Below, piece by piece: positions 55,855 through 64,000 of a stretch of DNA of 64,000 nucleotides. Within the stretch, counting starts at the first letter, position 1, and each line of letters opens with the position of its first letter. The notes under the pieces were generated by a model that was given only the letters and a program-made list of their open reading frames with translations, ran no database searches and was not told the origin of the DNA. The position numbers were made by a program, and so were the translations under genes. Where the stretch lies: IMG/VR virus record IMGVR_UViG_3300009011_000002, positions 124,001 to 188,000 of that record, one strand, 5' to 3'.

Positions 55855-58319
55855 TTCTGGTTAACCTCCCCGGTGAGGGTAAGTCCTTCGTAACGCAAAG
55901 CCACGATGTTCGGCTTGTCGAACACACTGTACTGGCTAACGTAGTGAGAGACCAAGAAAAGTTGTCGGGCATCTGTACGCTGCGTGTATTCGCGGATGAA
56001 GTTAAAGAATCGCGTCCGTTTGATCTCATCCAAATAAGGCCCCACCTCATCCATAATCAGGGGGAACGGGAACGGGTGATACGGTGCCAAAACGAACCGC
56101 CACACCCAGTCAAGGATATCGATCTCACCACCACTGCAATCCGCGATGTCTGGAGAAGGAGAATAGTCGCCGGTCACTACAGGGAACTTGTAGGTCAGGT
56201 CACCGTTCTCTTTACCACAGTGCTTCACGTAGAGCGGGGTGTTCCAAATGTCCTTGATAATCACGTTAGCATTGCCACATACGGTCTTGATGAAGTCCAT
56301 CATCAGTTTGCCCAGCAATCCCTTATTGGGGCACAGACCGTTCATCCACACTTCTACAATCTTCAACCGACGCTTCAAGCGTTCGATATCCGACGAGATT
56401 GAATCGACCACCGCCGACAACGATTTGTTCTTGATAATCGAAGTCAGGATGTGTTCCTTATCCACCGACAACTCGTGGATACGTGTATCAACCGATTGAC
56501 GGAGGGTTACCTTACTCTGGTTCCCCAAGCCCTGGACAACTTCCTTACGCAGTTGTTCTAACCGCAACAGGTCGTCGTTATAAGACGTGATGGTTTTGAG
56601 TTGGCGTTGTAACCCTTCCAGACGTTGCTTGTGCACACGGATCAAACTGTTCTGAGTGATGAGCTCTTTCTCAGTGTGAGCCACATGGTTCGCAATATCC
56701 AAGACCTTGTTCTTGTCTAAGACGTTTAAACGCGCGTGTAGCACGCGTTTCTCACCTTCCAGTAGTCCGAGTTGGTCGTTGAGCTTTTCACGCTCACAGT
56801 AGGCTTGCAGAGCGTTACAGAGCCGCGCATTGGTGACCTTGCCTACTTCAAACTCTTTGATCAACTCTGGCAAGATGCGGACGTGGTTATTCTCCCGAAC
56901 CATGGTAAACAACTGGTTCATGGAGCTATACCATTCTGCGTCATTGTCGATCAGCAGTTTGAGACGACTTTGTTCTTTCTCCAGTTTCTCAATCTGGTTC
57001 AGAACACCCTCGTAACTCTTCTGGATCTTCTCGGCATCACCCGGTTGCACACCCCGCTTGAACTGGTGAGTACAGTCAGGGCATTCGATCAGGTCCATGT
57101 TCTGGATATGCTCCAGGTCATGTTTAAGACCTTGCGAAGTGAGGGTCAAGTTACGAATCTGAACGGTGTTCTGTTCATACGTCGTCAAGTAACCCTTATA
57201 GGTAGTGCCTGTCAGTCCTGCATCACTGGCAACAGTGACACGGTGGAGGTAAGACATAAAGTGATCGGTGATTCCCCGCAGACCTGTCAGATCGGCAGAT
57301 GGGTCTTCGAACACCGGGTAACGTTCCAGCGTCAAATCCCATTCGGCTAACTGATTGACAATCCGGAGTTCTTCCGCCTGTACTGTCTTCGCTTGGTTTT
57401 CGAGCAGTTCGGGGTCCTTGAGGAACTCTTCCATGCCATCCAAGAAGCCAGCGTTGTCGCTGATGATGCCCGACAACACAGCTGCTTGTTCCTGATGGTA
57501 GTCGATAATGTCTTCGGCTGTTTCAATTGCTGAACGAAGTTCAGGCTCTGTCAGGAAGAACCCACTCACCTTGTTCACAGCCAACTGATCCGCTAACCAC
57601 GTAAACCGCTGGATCTTCTCTTGCAGTTCGCCATCAACGGTAATACCTTCCAACTGACCGCGTACCAACAAGGATTGCTTGAGGTCCACATCGATCAGCT
57701 TGATGCGCTGTTCCAGTTGTTCAATGCCGCACTCGTTGATCGCAATCAGCTTACGGTTCTCTTCGGCAAACCGTTGGGCTTGGTTCTTGATCGCCGCGCG
57801 GAGTTCGTTACGTTCCGTCTTAAGCTTGTTATAGCGACTCATGGCGTATTCCGTATCGTTTGGATACAGTTCCATGAGAATGTCTTTACGACGTGCTGGT
57901 GACATGGCAGAGAAGCGGTCGGTGATACGAATACCACCCAAGAACTTCAGGATATTCAAACTGGCCTTGAGGTGGTTCTCGACCAATTCCTTCTGTACGG
58001 TGTACGTACCCCCGGTGTTCAGTTCTTTACCGACTTCATCACCTTGTTCGTACACTTTGAAACTGTGGCCGGTGCCCGTGTGGGTATGCGAATCCAACAC
58101 GTACAGTCTGCCGTCGATAAACCATTCCGTCTTCTTACGGCCATCTTTGTAGTTGGCGTTCTCAGGCGGGAAGGGATGGACTTCTTTCAGAATACTGGTT
58201 TTACCCGAACCGTTAGCAGAGATGAAAAGGTTTACCAGTTCATCTGTATCCAGTTCTACTTTATGGATATTGCTGCTTAACAGAGGGATATAATTCTCTA
58301 ATGTCAGTTTGAGCAACAT
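55839..58319 (-). CDS. sbcC: SbcC/Rad50-like SMC ATPase
   Basis: Walker A NGSGKT, coiled coils, CPDC zinc hook, CSGGE signature, LIMDE Walker B, VSH. Confidence 0.92.
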   Translation of the reverse strand: MLLKLTLENYIPLLSSNIHKVELDTDELVNLFISANGSGKTSILKEVHPFPPENANYKDGRKKTEWFIDGRLYVLDSHTHTGTGHSFKVYEQGDEVGKELNTGGTYTVQKELVENHLKASLNILKFLGGIRITDRFSAMSPARRKDILMELYPNDTEYAMSRYNKLKTERNELRAAIKNQAQRFAEENRKLIAINECGIEQLEQRIKLIDVDLKQSLLVRGQLEGITVDGELQEKIQRFTWLADQLAVNKVSGFFLTEPELRSAIETAEDIIDYHQEQAAVLSGIISDNAGFLDGMEEFLKDPELLENQAKTVQAEELRIVNQLAEWDLTLERYPVFEDPSADLTGLRGITDHFMSYLHRVTVASDAGLTGTTYKGYLTTYEQNTVQIRNLTLTSQGLKHDLEHIQNMDLIECPDCTHQFKRGVQPGDAEKIQKSYEGVLNQIEKLEKEQSRLKLLIDNDAEWYSSMNQLFTMVRENNHVRILPELIKEFEVGKVTNARLCNALQAYCEREKLNDQLGLLEGEKRVLHARLNVLDKNKVLDIANHVAHTEKELITQNSLIRVHKQRLEGLQRQLKTITSYNDDLLRLEQLRKEVVQGLGNQSKVTLRQSVDTRIHELSVDKEHILTSIIKNKSLSAVVDSISSDIERLKRRLKIVEVWMNGLCPNKGLLGKLMMDFIKTVCGNANVIIKDIWNTPLYVKHCGKENGDLTYKFPVVTGDYSPSPDIADCSGGEIDILDWVWRFVLAPYHPFPFPLIMDEVGPYLDEIKRTRFFNFIREYTQRTDARQLFLVSHYVSQYSVFDKPNIVALRYEGLTLTGEVNQNTVVI

Positions 58320-58368
58320 GGCTGGATTCTTTTAAAGGTATAATGGTCTAAAGGATGGGGATGCGAGT

Positions 58369-59367
58369 ATGAGTTTATTGCATTGTCTGGGTGTCGGTAC
58401 CGTTACTCAGACTAAGGAGACAAACACCGACACGGTTATGGTGTACTGCCCGTTCCTGTTCCCTAACGCCGAAGGGCGTACCGTTAACAACGTGGAGCAG
58501 GTTGAACAAACCAGTTTGAACGCCAAAGGCGAAGAAGTCAAAAGTAACAACATGCGCAGCAACTCGGTGCCTGCGAAGTGGATGAACTTGGGGGATAACA
58601 ACCGTATTACCTCCCCAGACGTCCGAGAAGGGTCCCAGGTAGCGATCTACAACGTGGACGGTGGTAACCAACTGTATTGGACCACCCACGGCGTTAACAG
58701 TGAAACCTTCCGGTTGGAATCGGTGATGTACGGCTGGTCGTCTAACCCTAAGCTGTCTGAGAACACACCTTTCGATCCGGACAACTTCTACACCGCCAAG
58801 GTTTCCACCCACGACGGTATCTTTGCTTTACGTACGTCTATGGCGAACGGGGAGAAATCCAAGTTCGACGTGCAAGTAGACGGCATGAACGGTCGGGTCT
58901 CGGTCGGTGGTTTTAATAAGGGGTTGTTTGTCCTCGATGATGTCGAGAGCAGTCTGACCTATAGTAATAAAGAGGGTTCGATTGCTCGGGTAGTGAAGAA
59001 GCAGGCCTTCATTAAAACCGAAGACATGATTGGTTTCTTTGCAGCTGAAACCCTGAACATCAAAACCAAGGTGATCCAGGTCCAGGCCGAGTTAGCCAAG
59101 ATCGACATCAAAAGAACCCAGTGGTTGGGGGACATTGAACAGACGGGCAACACGGAACAGAAAGGTGACTACACCCAAGAAGGTGATTTCACTCAAGTGG
59201 GTGACTTCTTCCAAGAAGGCGATACCGTGCGTAACGGTGACAGTACGTCTACCGGTACGGTTACTGGTCTTACCGATGTCATTGCTCCACCGATCAGTCT
59301 GCGTTTCCACCTCACCAGTGGCGTACGTGGTGGTCCCGATACTTCAGGCCCTCCTACACCTGCGTAA
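58369..59367 (+). CDS. baseplate central spike protein (gpV/phiKZ gp164-like)
   Basis: OB-like N-terminus; hexad repeats TGNTEQ-KGDYTQ-EGDFTQ-VGDFFQ; apex-like H..SGV.GG.DTSGP; adjacent to sbcC as in phiKZ. Confidence 0.75.
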   Translation: MSLLHCLGVGTVTQTKETNTDTVMVYCPFLFPNAEGRTVNNVEQVEQTSLNAKGEEVKSNNMRSNSVPAKWMNLGDNNRITSPDVREGSQVAIYNVDGGNQLYWTTHGVNSETFRLESVMYGWSSNPKLSENTPFDPDNFYTAKVSTHDGIFALRTSMANGEKSKFDVQVDGMNGRVSVGGFNKGLFVLDDVESSLTYSNKEGSIARVVKKQAFIKTEDMIGFFAAETLNIKTKVIQVQAELAKIDIKRTQWLGDIEQTGNTEQKGDYTQEGDFTQVGDFFQEGDTVRNGDSTSTGTVTGLTDVIAPPISLRFHLTSGVRGGPDTSGPPTPA

Positions 59368-59372
59368 CCTTA

Positions 59373-59406
59373 CTACTACTCTCCCGGGCAACCGGGAGAG
59401 TAGTAG
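59373..59406. terminator. terminator hairpin between convergent genes
   Basis: 15-bp perfect stem with GCAA loop. Confidence 0.75.
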
Positions 59407-59415
59407 GGGTTATGT

Positions 59416-62301
59416 TTAGCTGATCTTGTCGCGCTTGGTGAAGAACTTGTTCACCCCATCCGCACCGTTGTCACGGAAGCATGGGATTACACCACCTGCA
59501 CGGACATCGTTAACTACCCGGTTGTCCATGACGATGTATTCACGGTTGACAGTCATTACACCGTCCACAGCAATACCGAACAACAACTCACCGTTGTTAG
59601 GCTCCCGCTTAACCGAAGAGGCCAGCGTCGCCAAGGTGTTACCGTAACGTACCAAGTAGCAGTACGTGGTCCCGGTGGCACTCACCTTAATCGGATAGTC
59701 CCGATCGAGGATGTAGGTCCGACCGTTCATGACCGCACGACCCCCTGCTGGCAATCGAACCCAACCGGCTTCGTTGATCTCAAACGGATCGAACTTACGA
59801 GTACCGCCGATCTCACTCATGTTCGACGTGAACCGGGTGTTGTCACTGTCCATCTGGTACATACCCCGGTTAGGGATCATCACCAGTGGGTACAGTTCCT
59901 CGGTTACGTCAAAGGTCGAACCCTGGACGTACAGCTTGGCAGGGTTGACCACCACAGGTGTGAAGACTGGGTTAGCGCCAGTGATGGCACTCACGGTGAA
60001 AGTGAGGTCACCGTAGACTTCCCCGAACGGACGACAGATACCGATCTGGTAAGCATTGGTACCCGTCTGGAGGGCGAGCATGTCCGAGTAGGCCATCCAT
60101 ACCCCGTCACCCGTTTGCGACTCACGCGTGATCCCAGGAACTGTCAGACCCGTTGCGGTTACCGGCGTCAACTTCAAACCACCGGTGGTGATGTAATCCA
60201 GCACAAAGCTACCACCATCCACCGTGAAGTTACCGATACCGGCTTCTGCATAGCACACACCGTCCGAGATCAAGATCAATGCTTTGTTAGCCGTCAATGC
60301 AAAGACCTGGATCTGCGATACTCGCAAGGTATTGTTCACCGCAGGGTTAGCTGTACGGGCACGACCCATGACCTGAGCTGCAGTCGCCTGCAAGGTCAGC
60401 AAGCTGGCAAACGACAATTCCAAGTCAGCCCCCAAAGTGAGAACCTTGTTGGAATACGCCAGCGAGGCTTTACCCCGGTAGTTGTTCTGCGTGGAGAATG
60501 CCATGGCGTTGACTGACGCACCTGCACCGTTCTTGTTCGCCACAATGGACAAACCGGACGGCAGAGGGCCGAGGTTCTTGTTCTCCTCGATTACCGGGGC
60601 TACCTTCACCCCGATACGGTCAGCGGTCTGAGCACTGATAATACTTGCCTCAGGCCATGCCATTTCCACCCACTTGTACTGACCCACACCTGCGTCCAGT
60701 CCGTAGACCAGATACTGGGTACGGCCGGTGTCGTGGGAGAACGGGATGATCCGCTCTGGGAATGCCGTGAAGCAGTTGTGGCGAGCTGGCATGAACACTT
60801 CAGTTGCCGCCAACCGGGTGTCGATTGCCGGACGTTTGTTGTCCATCAACCAATCGGCCAACGTGGCATAGCCCGAAGTCTGATAGCGCTTGACCCGGAT
60901 ACCATACTTACTGGCAACCGCACGTACCAACTCACCCTCACCGACCATTGCACCCGGAGACTGCAATGCGTTGGCAAAGTCAAGACGGTTGTTGACCCGC
61001 AGCATGGTGGCGTTAGCCCCGATCGTACCGTCTGCATTAATCACATCTTTGGTACGGGAACCCAACGAAGTGATCTTAGCACTGCCGCCCGACGCCAGTG
61101 TACCTGGGATGTAGGCTTCGGTCAGGTTCAACACGAAGTCGTAGTTCACCGAAGCAATTCGCACACGCACAGGAATCTGCATGTTCAGGTAAGCTTCTTG
61201 GTCCTGGACGTTCCAGAACAACGAACACACGATGGTGTGGGTGTTCACCCCCGCAATGCTGACCTGAGACCCGGCAGGGAAGTCCACGTACTTGGTCAAG
61301 TCAATGTCATGGCTCAGGCTGGCCGGGCCACTGTACGGCGTTTGCCCCATCAGGTCATACTGCGCCAAGTAGGTCTGGTCCACGATCTCTTGAACGATCG
61401 GGTTAGTCTGCGCTTGGTCAACGTAGAAGAACCGATGGTGCATGGTGATGATGTTGCCACTGAAGACATAGCCAACCGCCATGCCTTTAAACAGCATCGA
61501 CGCATACCCCCGGTAGAACAGGAAGTTGCGCCCACTGCCTGGCAGAGTCAACCCGTTACGGAACTGATACAGCTTCTTGTCAGCCAAGGCTTTGAAGTAA
61601 GCAATTTGTCCGTTACTGGCCGAACACCCAACCTGGTTCCACCCCCACGAGTTGTAGCGAATGGTCAATGGAGGGGTCTCACCCAACTGAGTCCGTTTAA
61701 CAGGACCCACTGGAGCCGACTCGAACGCCACCTGGTTCTGGTACTGCGCAGTGTCCGATACCGCCGACATAACCAACCGGTCGTTGTTCAGCAGAATCGC
61801 CACCCGCAGGTCAGCACCGAAGTAGCGTGTAGGCTCTACCCTGGTCAGGGTTGCCATCGGATACTTGTCGGGGAAGTAGAACGAACTGAACTGGAACAGG
61901 TCGTTGCGCTGGTAGTTATCCAGCACAAACTGAGCGTTGTTCGTTTCGATCGACTGCTTGGCGCCCTGGGGGGTTACAAACGCATCAACCGGAGTCAACG
62001 CAATCTGTTCCGCCAGCGTAGCCACCCGGAAGTTGTCTTTCTTCGACAAGCCAGCAGTAGCCTTGGTTTCACCGTGTACAGCACCCCGTGCAGCCAAGTG
62101 GGTATTGGTAGGTCCCACCACGCTGTTCACGAAGTCGTTCAGGTTAACGTTCAGCTCTTCCAGCTTCAGTTTGATGTTGTCCCCGAAACTAACGGTCTTC
62201 TGTTCGAAGGTGTACGCCAGTTTGTTGAGTCGCTGGATCACGACCCCCAGTTCGGGTTCTGGGTTTTCAATGTGGGGTGGTTCCCCACCAAGAATAATCA
62301 T
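59416..62301 (-). CDS. large virion (tail/baseplate fibre-like) protein
   Basis: start MIILGG after GGAG; HGETKATAGLSKKDNF..FVTP resembles the H..TK.QVGL..VDN fibre motif. Confidence 0.7.
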   Translation of the reverse strand: MIILGGEPPHIENPEPELGVVIQRLNKLAYTFEQKTVSFGDNIKLKLEELNVNLNDFVNSVVGPTNTHLAARGAVHGETKATAGLSKKDNFRVATLAEQIALTPVDAFVTPQGAKQSIETNNAQFVLDNYQRNDLFQFSSFYFPDKYPMATLTRVEPTRYFGADLRVAILLNNDRLVMSAVSDTAQYQNQVAFESAPVGPVKRTQLGETPPLTIRYNSWGWNQVGCSASNGQIAYFKALADKKLYQFRNGLTLPGSGRNFLFYRGYASMLFKGMAVGYVFSGNIITMHHRFFYVDQAQTNPIVQEIVDQTYLAQYDLMGQTPYSGPASLSHDIDLTKYVDFPAGSQVSIAGVNTHTIVCSLFWNVQDQEAYLNMQIPVRVRIASVNYDFVLNLTEAYIPGTLASGGSAKITSLGSRTKDVINADGTIGANATMLRVNNRLDFANALQSPGAMVGEGELVRAVASKYGIRVKRYQTSGYATLADWLMDNKRPAIDTRLAATEVFMPARHNCFTAFPERIIPFSHDTGRTQYLVYGLDAGVGQYKWVEMAWPEASIISAQTADRIGVKVAPVIEENKNLGPLPSGLSIVANKNGAGASVNAMAFSTQNNYRGKASLAYSNKVLTLGADLELSFASLLTLQATAAQVMGRARTANPAVNNTLRVSQIQVFALTANKALILISDGVCYAEAGIGNFTVDGGSFVLDYITTGGLKLTPVTATGLTVPGITRESQTGDGVWMAYSDMLALQTGTNAYQIGICRPFGEVYGDLTFTVSAITGANPVFTPVVVNPAKLYVQGSTFDVTEELYPLVMIPNRGMYQMDSDNTRFTSNMSEIGGTRKFDPFEINEAGWVRLPAGGRAVMNGRTYILDRDYPIKVSATGTTYCYLVRYGNTLATLASSVKREPNNGELLFGIAVDGVMTVNREYIVMDNRVVNDVRAGGVIPCFRDNGADGVNKFFTKRDKIS

Positions 62302-62321
62302 AGCGACACTCCATGCTAAAA

Positions 62322-62347
62322 GAGTAGGGGAGGTTACCCTCCCCCTC
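62322..62347 (-). terminator. terminator-like hairpin
   Basis: GGGGAGG-GTAA-CCTCCCC then TACTCTTTT on minus strand. Confidence 0.6.
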
Positions 62348-62352
62348 AATGG

Positions 62353-64000
62353 TTATGGCAAGAGCTCCGCCTCACGCAGGAACGCGAAGATGCCCTCGTC
62401 TTGTGGGAACCCGGTACTGATCGGAATGATCCCCCCTTCACGGGTGAAGCTGAAGAGGAAGTCACCCACCATGAGCGGCTGCAACCGTTGGATACTGAGG
62501 ATCTGCAACTGAGCGGTTGTGACCACCCCCACCAACATCATCGAACCCGACTTACGGAGTTTGACACCAGAGATGAAATACCCGGGCGTGTCATCCTCGA
62601 TTGTCGCGTAGACGTAAAACGTCTTGTTCGCTGGGGCTGGGTCGATATCCCGCAGGTCTATGGAACCCCCCGGCATCTCGTAGTTGGTTCCGTTGATCAT
62701 CATCCGGATACCATCCTGGAAGAACAGTGTCCAGCCTGTTTGCGGGTACACGGTAGGACCAATATACCAGTCAATAACCCCGGTTGTTTCATCGGTCTTG
62801 TGCAGCAACCGCGCGGCACCGCCGGTGTAGTCGTAGACCGCTGGAGTCACGGTGTTGATACGGCCAGTGTCCACACCCCCCGTCAACCCCACATCACTCA
62901 TACCCACCTTCGGGATTGGTGCACACAAGTCTGGCACCGACCACGACGCTTGGTAGGAGAAAATGTTCTCGAGCTTGTTGGTCGGGATATCCACATCAAA
63001 CCGCGCCGTTTGCCGGGTATAGATGGTTGCTGTGGTGTTGGTGGTGTAGGCATTCATGTTGTATATCTGCAACTTGTTACCGTCGCGGTAGATGTACATC
63101 CCGGCTTTGGAACGAGTACCTACCAATCCCAATAGATTCTGCTCGGCAACCCGGTTGTTGATTGCGCTGCTATAAGCCGCAGACGTATCCAGGACAGTGA
63201 TGTCCTTGATCCAATGCACATCCGGATGGTCGGCATTGGGTGCTTCTACTACGGGGCGGAACAACACAAAGATCTGGCGGGTGAACTGCTTGGCAGGGTC
63301 CTGGAACGCAATGATTGCAATGCCCAAATTCAAGCCTTTGAACATCCCACCCATCTCGTTACCAAGGATGTGGAAACATACCGACCATGGCTTGTGTGCC
63401 GTGTAAACTGCCGGAATCATCGCTTCCATCTTGTCGATGAGTTCTTTCCGTACCCCGTAGAAACTGGTTGGGGTATACGTTGCCCGTTTGGTACCGGCAT
63501 CCAAGACCTTGTTGAACGTCCGTGCGCAGGAGATCAACATGCTGTTGGCTGCTGGGGCCGTGAAACCAGCCGACCTCGGGTAGGAATGCCCCGCCCCCAT
63601 GGAGGAGTACCCCATAGACGCCAATGACGTACTACCGCATTCTACCCCACCTGCTGTCAACTCAGCCGCACTTCCGGTGATACCGATAGGGGCTTCGTAA
63701 TACGCCATGTTGGTTTGGTAGATGTCGTTGGTCAATGGGCGAGACTTGATCCCACTGACTTCCGTGTTGGTCACTTCAGGTCGTACAGCGTAAGGACCCG
63801 AGACTTTACGGAAATACGTCGCACGGGTGTTAGTTACCGGGTTTGTCGCAGAGTACAGTTCACCATCAGCTTCGTACGTCATGGCTGCTGGGAACACACC
63901 ACTCAGCAATGGAGAACCCACCATCTGACTCACCCGGCGCTGTTCCTTGACCGGGGTGTAGATAATGTCCATACGTTGCGACAGAACTTCCGCGGCGGTC
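62353..64000 (-). CDS. large virion protein, 5'-truncated; C-terminus similar to 59416..62301
   Basis: frame open to the window edge; C-terminal GW....NG..Y...T.Y.Y...R.GG.IP shared with neighbour. Confidence 0.7.
   Translation of the reverse strand, partial: TAAEVLSQRMDIIYTPVKEQRRVSQMVGSPLLSGVFPAAMTYEADGELYSATNPVTNTRATYFRKVSGPYAVRPEVTNTEVSGIKSRPLTNDIYQTNMAYYEAPIGITGSAAELTAGGVECGSTSLASMGYSSMGAGHSYPRSAGFTAPAANSMLISCARTFNKVLDAGTKRATYTPTSFYGVRKELIDKMEAMIPAVYTAHKPWSVCFHILGNEMGGMFKGLNLGIAIIAFQDPAKQFTRQIFVLFRPVVEAPNADHPDVHWIKDITVLDTSAAYSSAINNRVAEQNLLGLVGTRSKAGMYIYRDGNKLQIYNMNAYTTNTTATIYTRQTARFDVDIPTNKLENIFSYQASWSVPDLCAPIPKVGMSDVGLTGGVDTGRINTVTPAVYDYTGGAARLLHKTDETTGVIDWYIGPTVYPQTGWTLFFQDGIRMMINGTNYEMPGGSIDLRDIDPAPANKTFYVYATIEDDTPGYFISGVKLRKSGSMMLVGVVTTAQLQILSIQRLQPLMVGDFLFSFTREGGIIPISTGFPQDEGIFAFLREAELLP

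Noticed and set aside
60733-62319. 528-aa plus-strand ORF, and similar ones at 16668, 38227, 51095 and 55461
   Set aside because: They lie opposite well-supported minus-strand genes and show the H/Q/V-rich composition typical of shadow frames.
62302-62349. N-terminal extension MRGRVTSP of the 977-aa ORF
   Set aside because: It runs through the hairpin; the ATG at 62301 has a proper RBS.
1-64000. CRISPR array, tRNA, rRNA, intron/intein or IS element
   Set aside because: No regularly spaced repeats, cloverleaf with T-loop, splicing motifs or transposase seen; intergenic gaps are short and explained by promoters and hairpins. A covariance-model scan was not possible.

Overview
This window looks like part of a phiKZ/EL-like jumbo myophage genome, probably infecting a Gammaproteobacterium (inferred from gene content, not from a search). 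The left part (1.8-13 kb, + strand) is a tail-fibre/virion module: a collagen-like repeat fibre, a DUF4376-like chaperone, DUF1353, a Kelch propeller and four paralogous virion proteins. The middle (13-58 kb, - strand) is a dense array of about 75 mostly small accessory genes behind a repeated phiKZ-type early promoter (TATATTAC core). It includes a GroEL-like chaperonin with no GroES in view, a GNAT, an HD hydrolase, an Acb1-like anti-CBASS 2H phosphoesterase, RNase HI, an NAD-dependent ligase, a tandem pair of Pol-beta-type nucleotidyltransferases and an SbcC/Rad50-like ATPase. The right end carries a central spike gene and two large virion proteins, the last truncated. The most novel signal is an unannotated ~35-aa module (P-x-L...[NS]-x-x-W-h-x-W...[ST]-x-x-x-A) seen 13 clear times in 11 early genes between 31 and 48 kb, alone, in tandem or fused to unrelated cargo. 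Other signals are short stubs resembling conserved nucleotide-binding loops (EF-Tu G1, RadA/DnaB pre-Walker A, Rossmann) inside orphan proteins, and one tail-fibre repeat copied into an early membrane protein 32 kb away. I found no tRNA, rRNA, CRISPR array, reverse transcriptase or transposase. All family calls come from motif recognition by eye.
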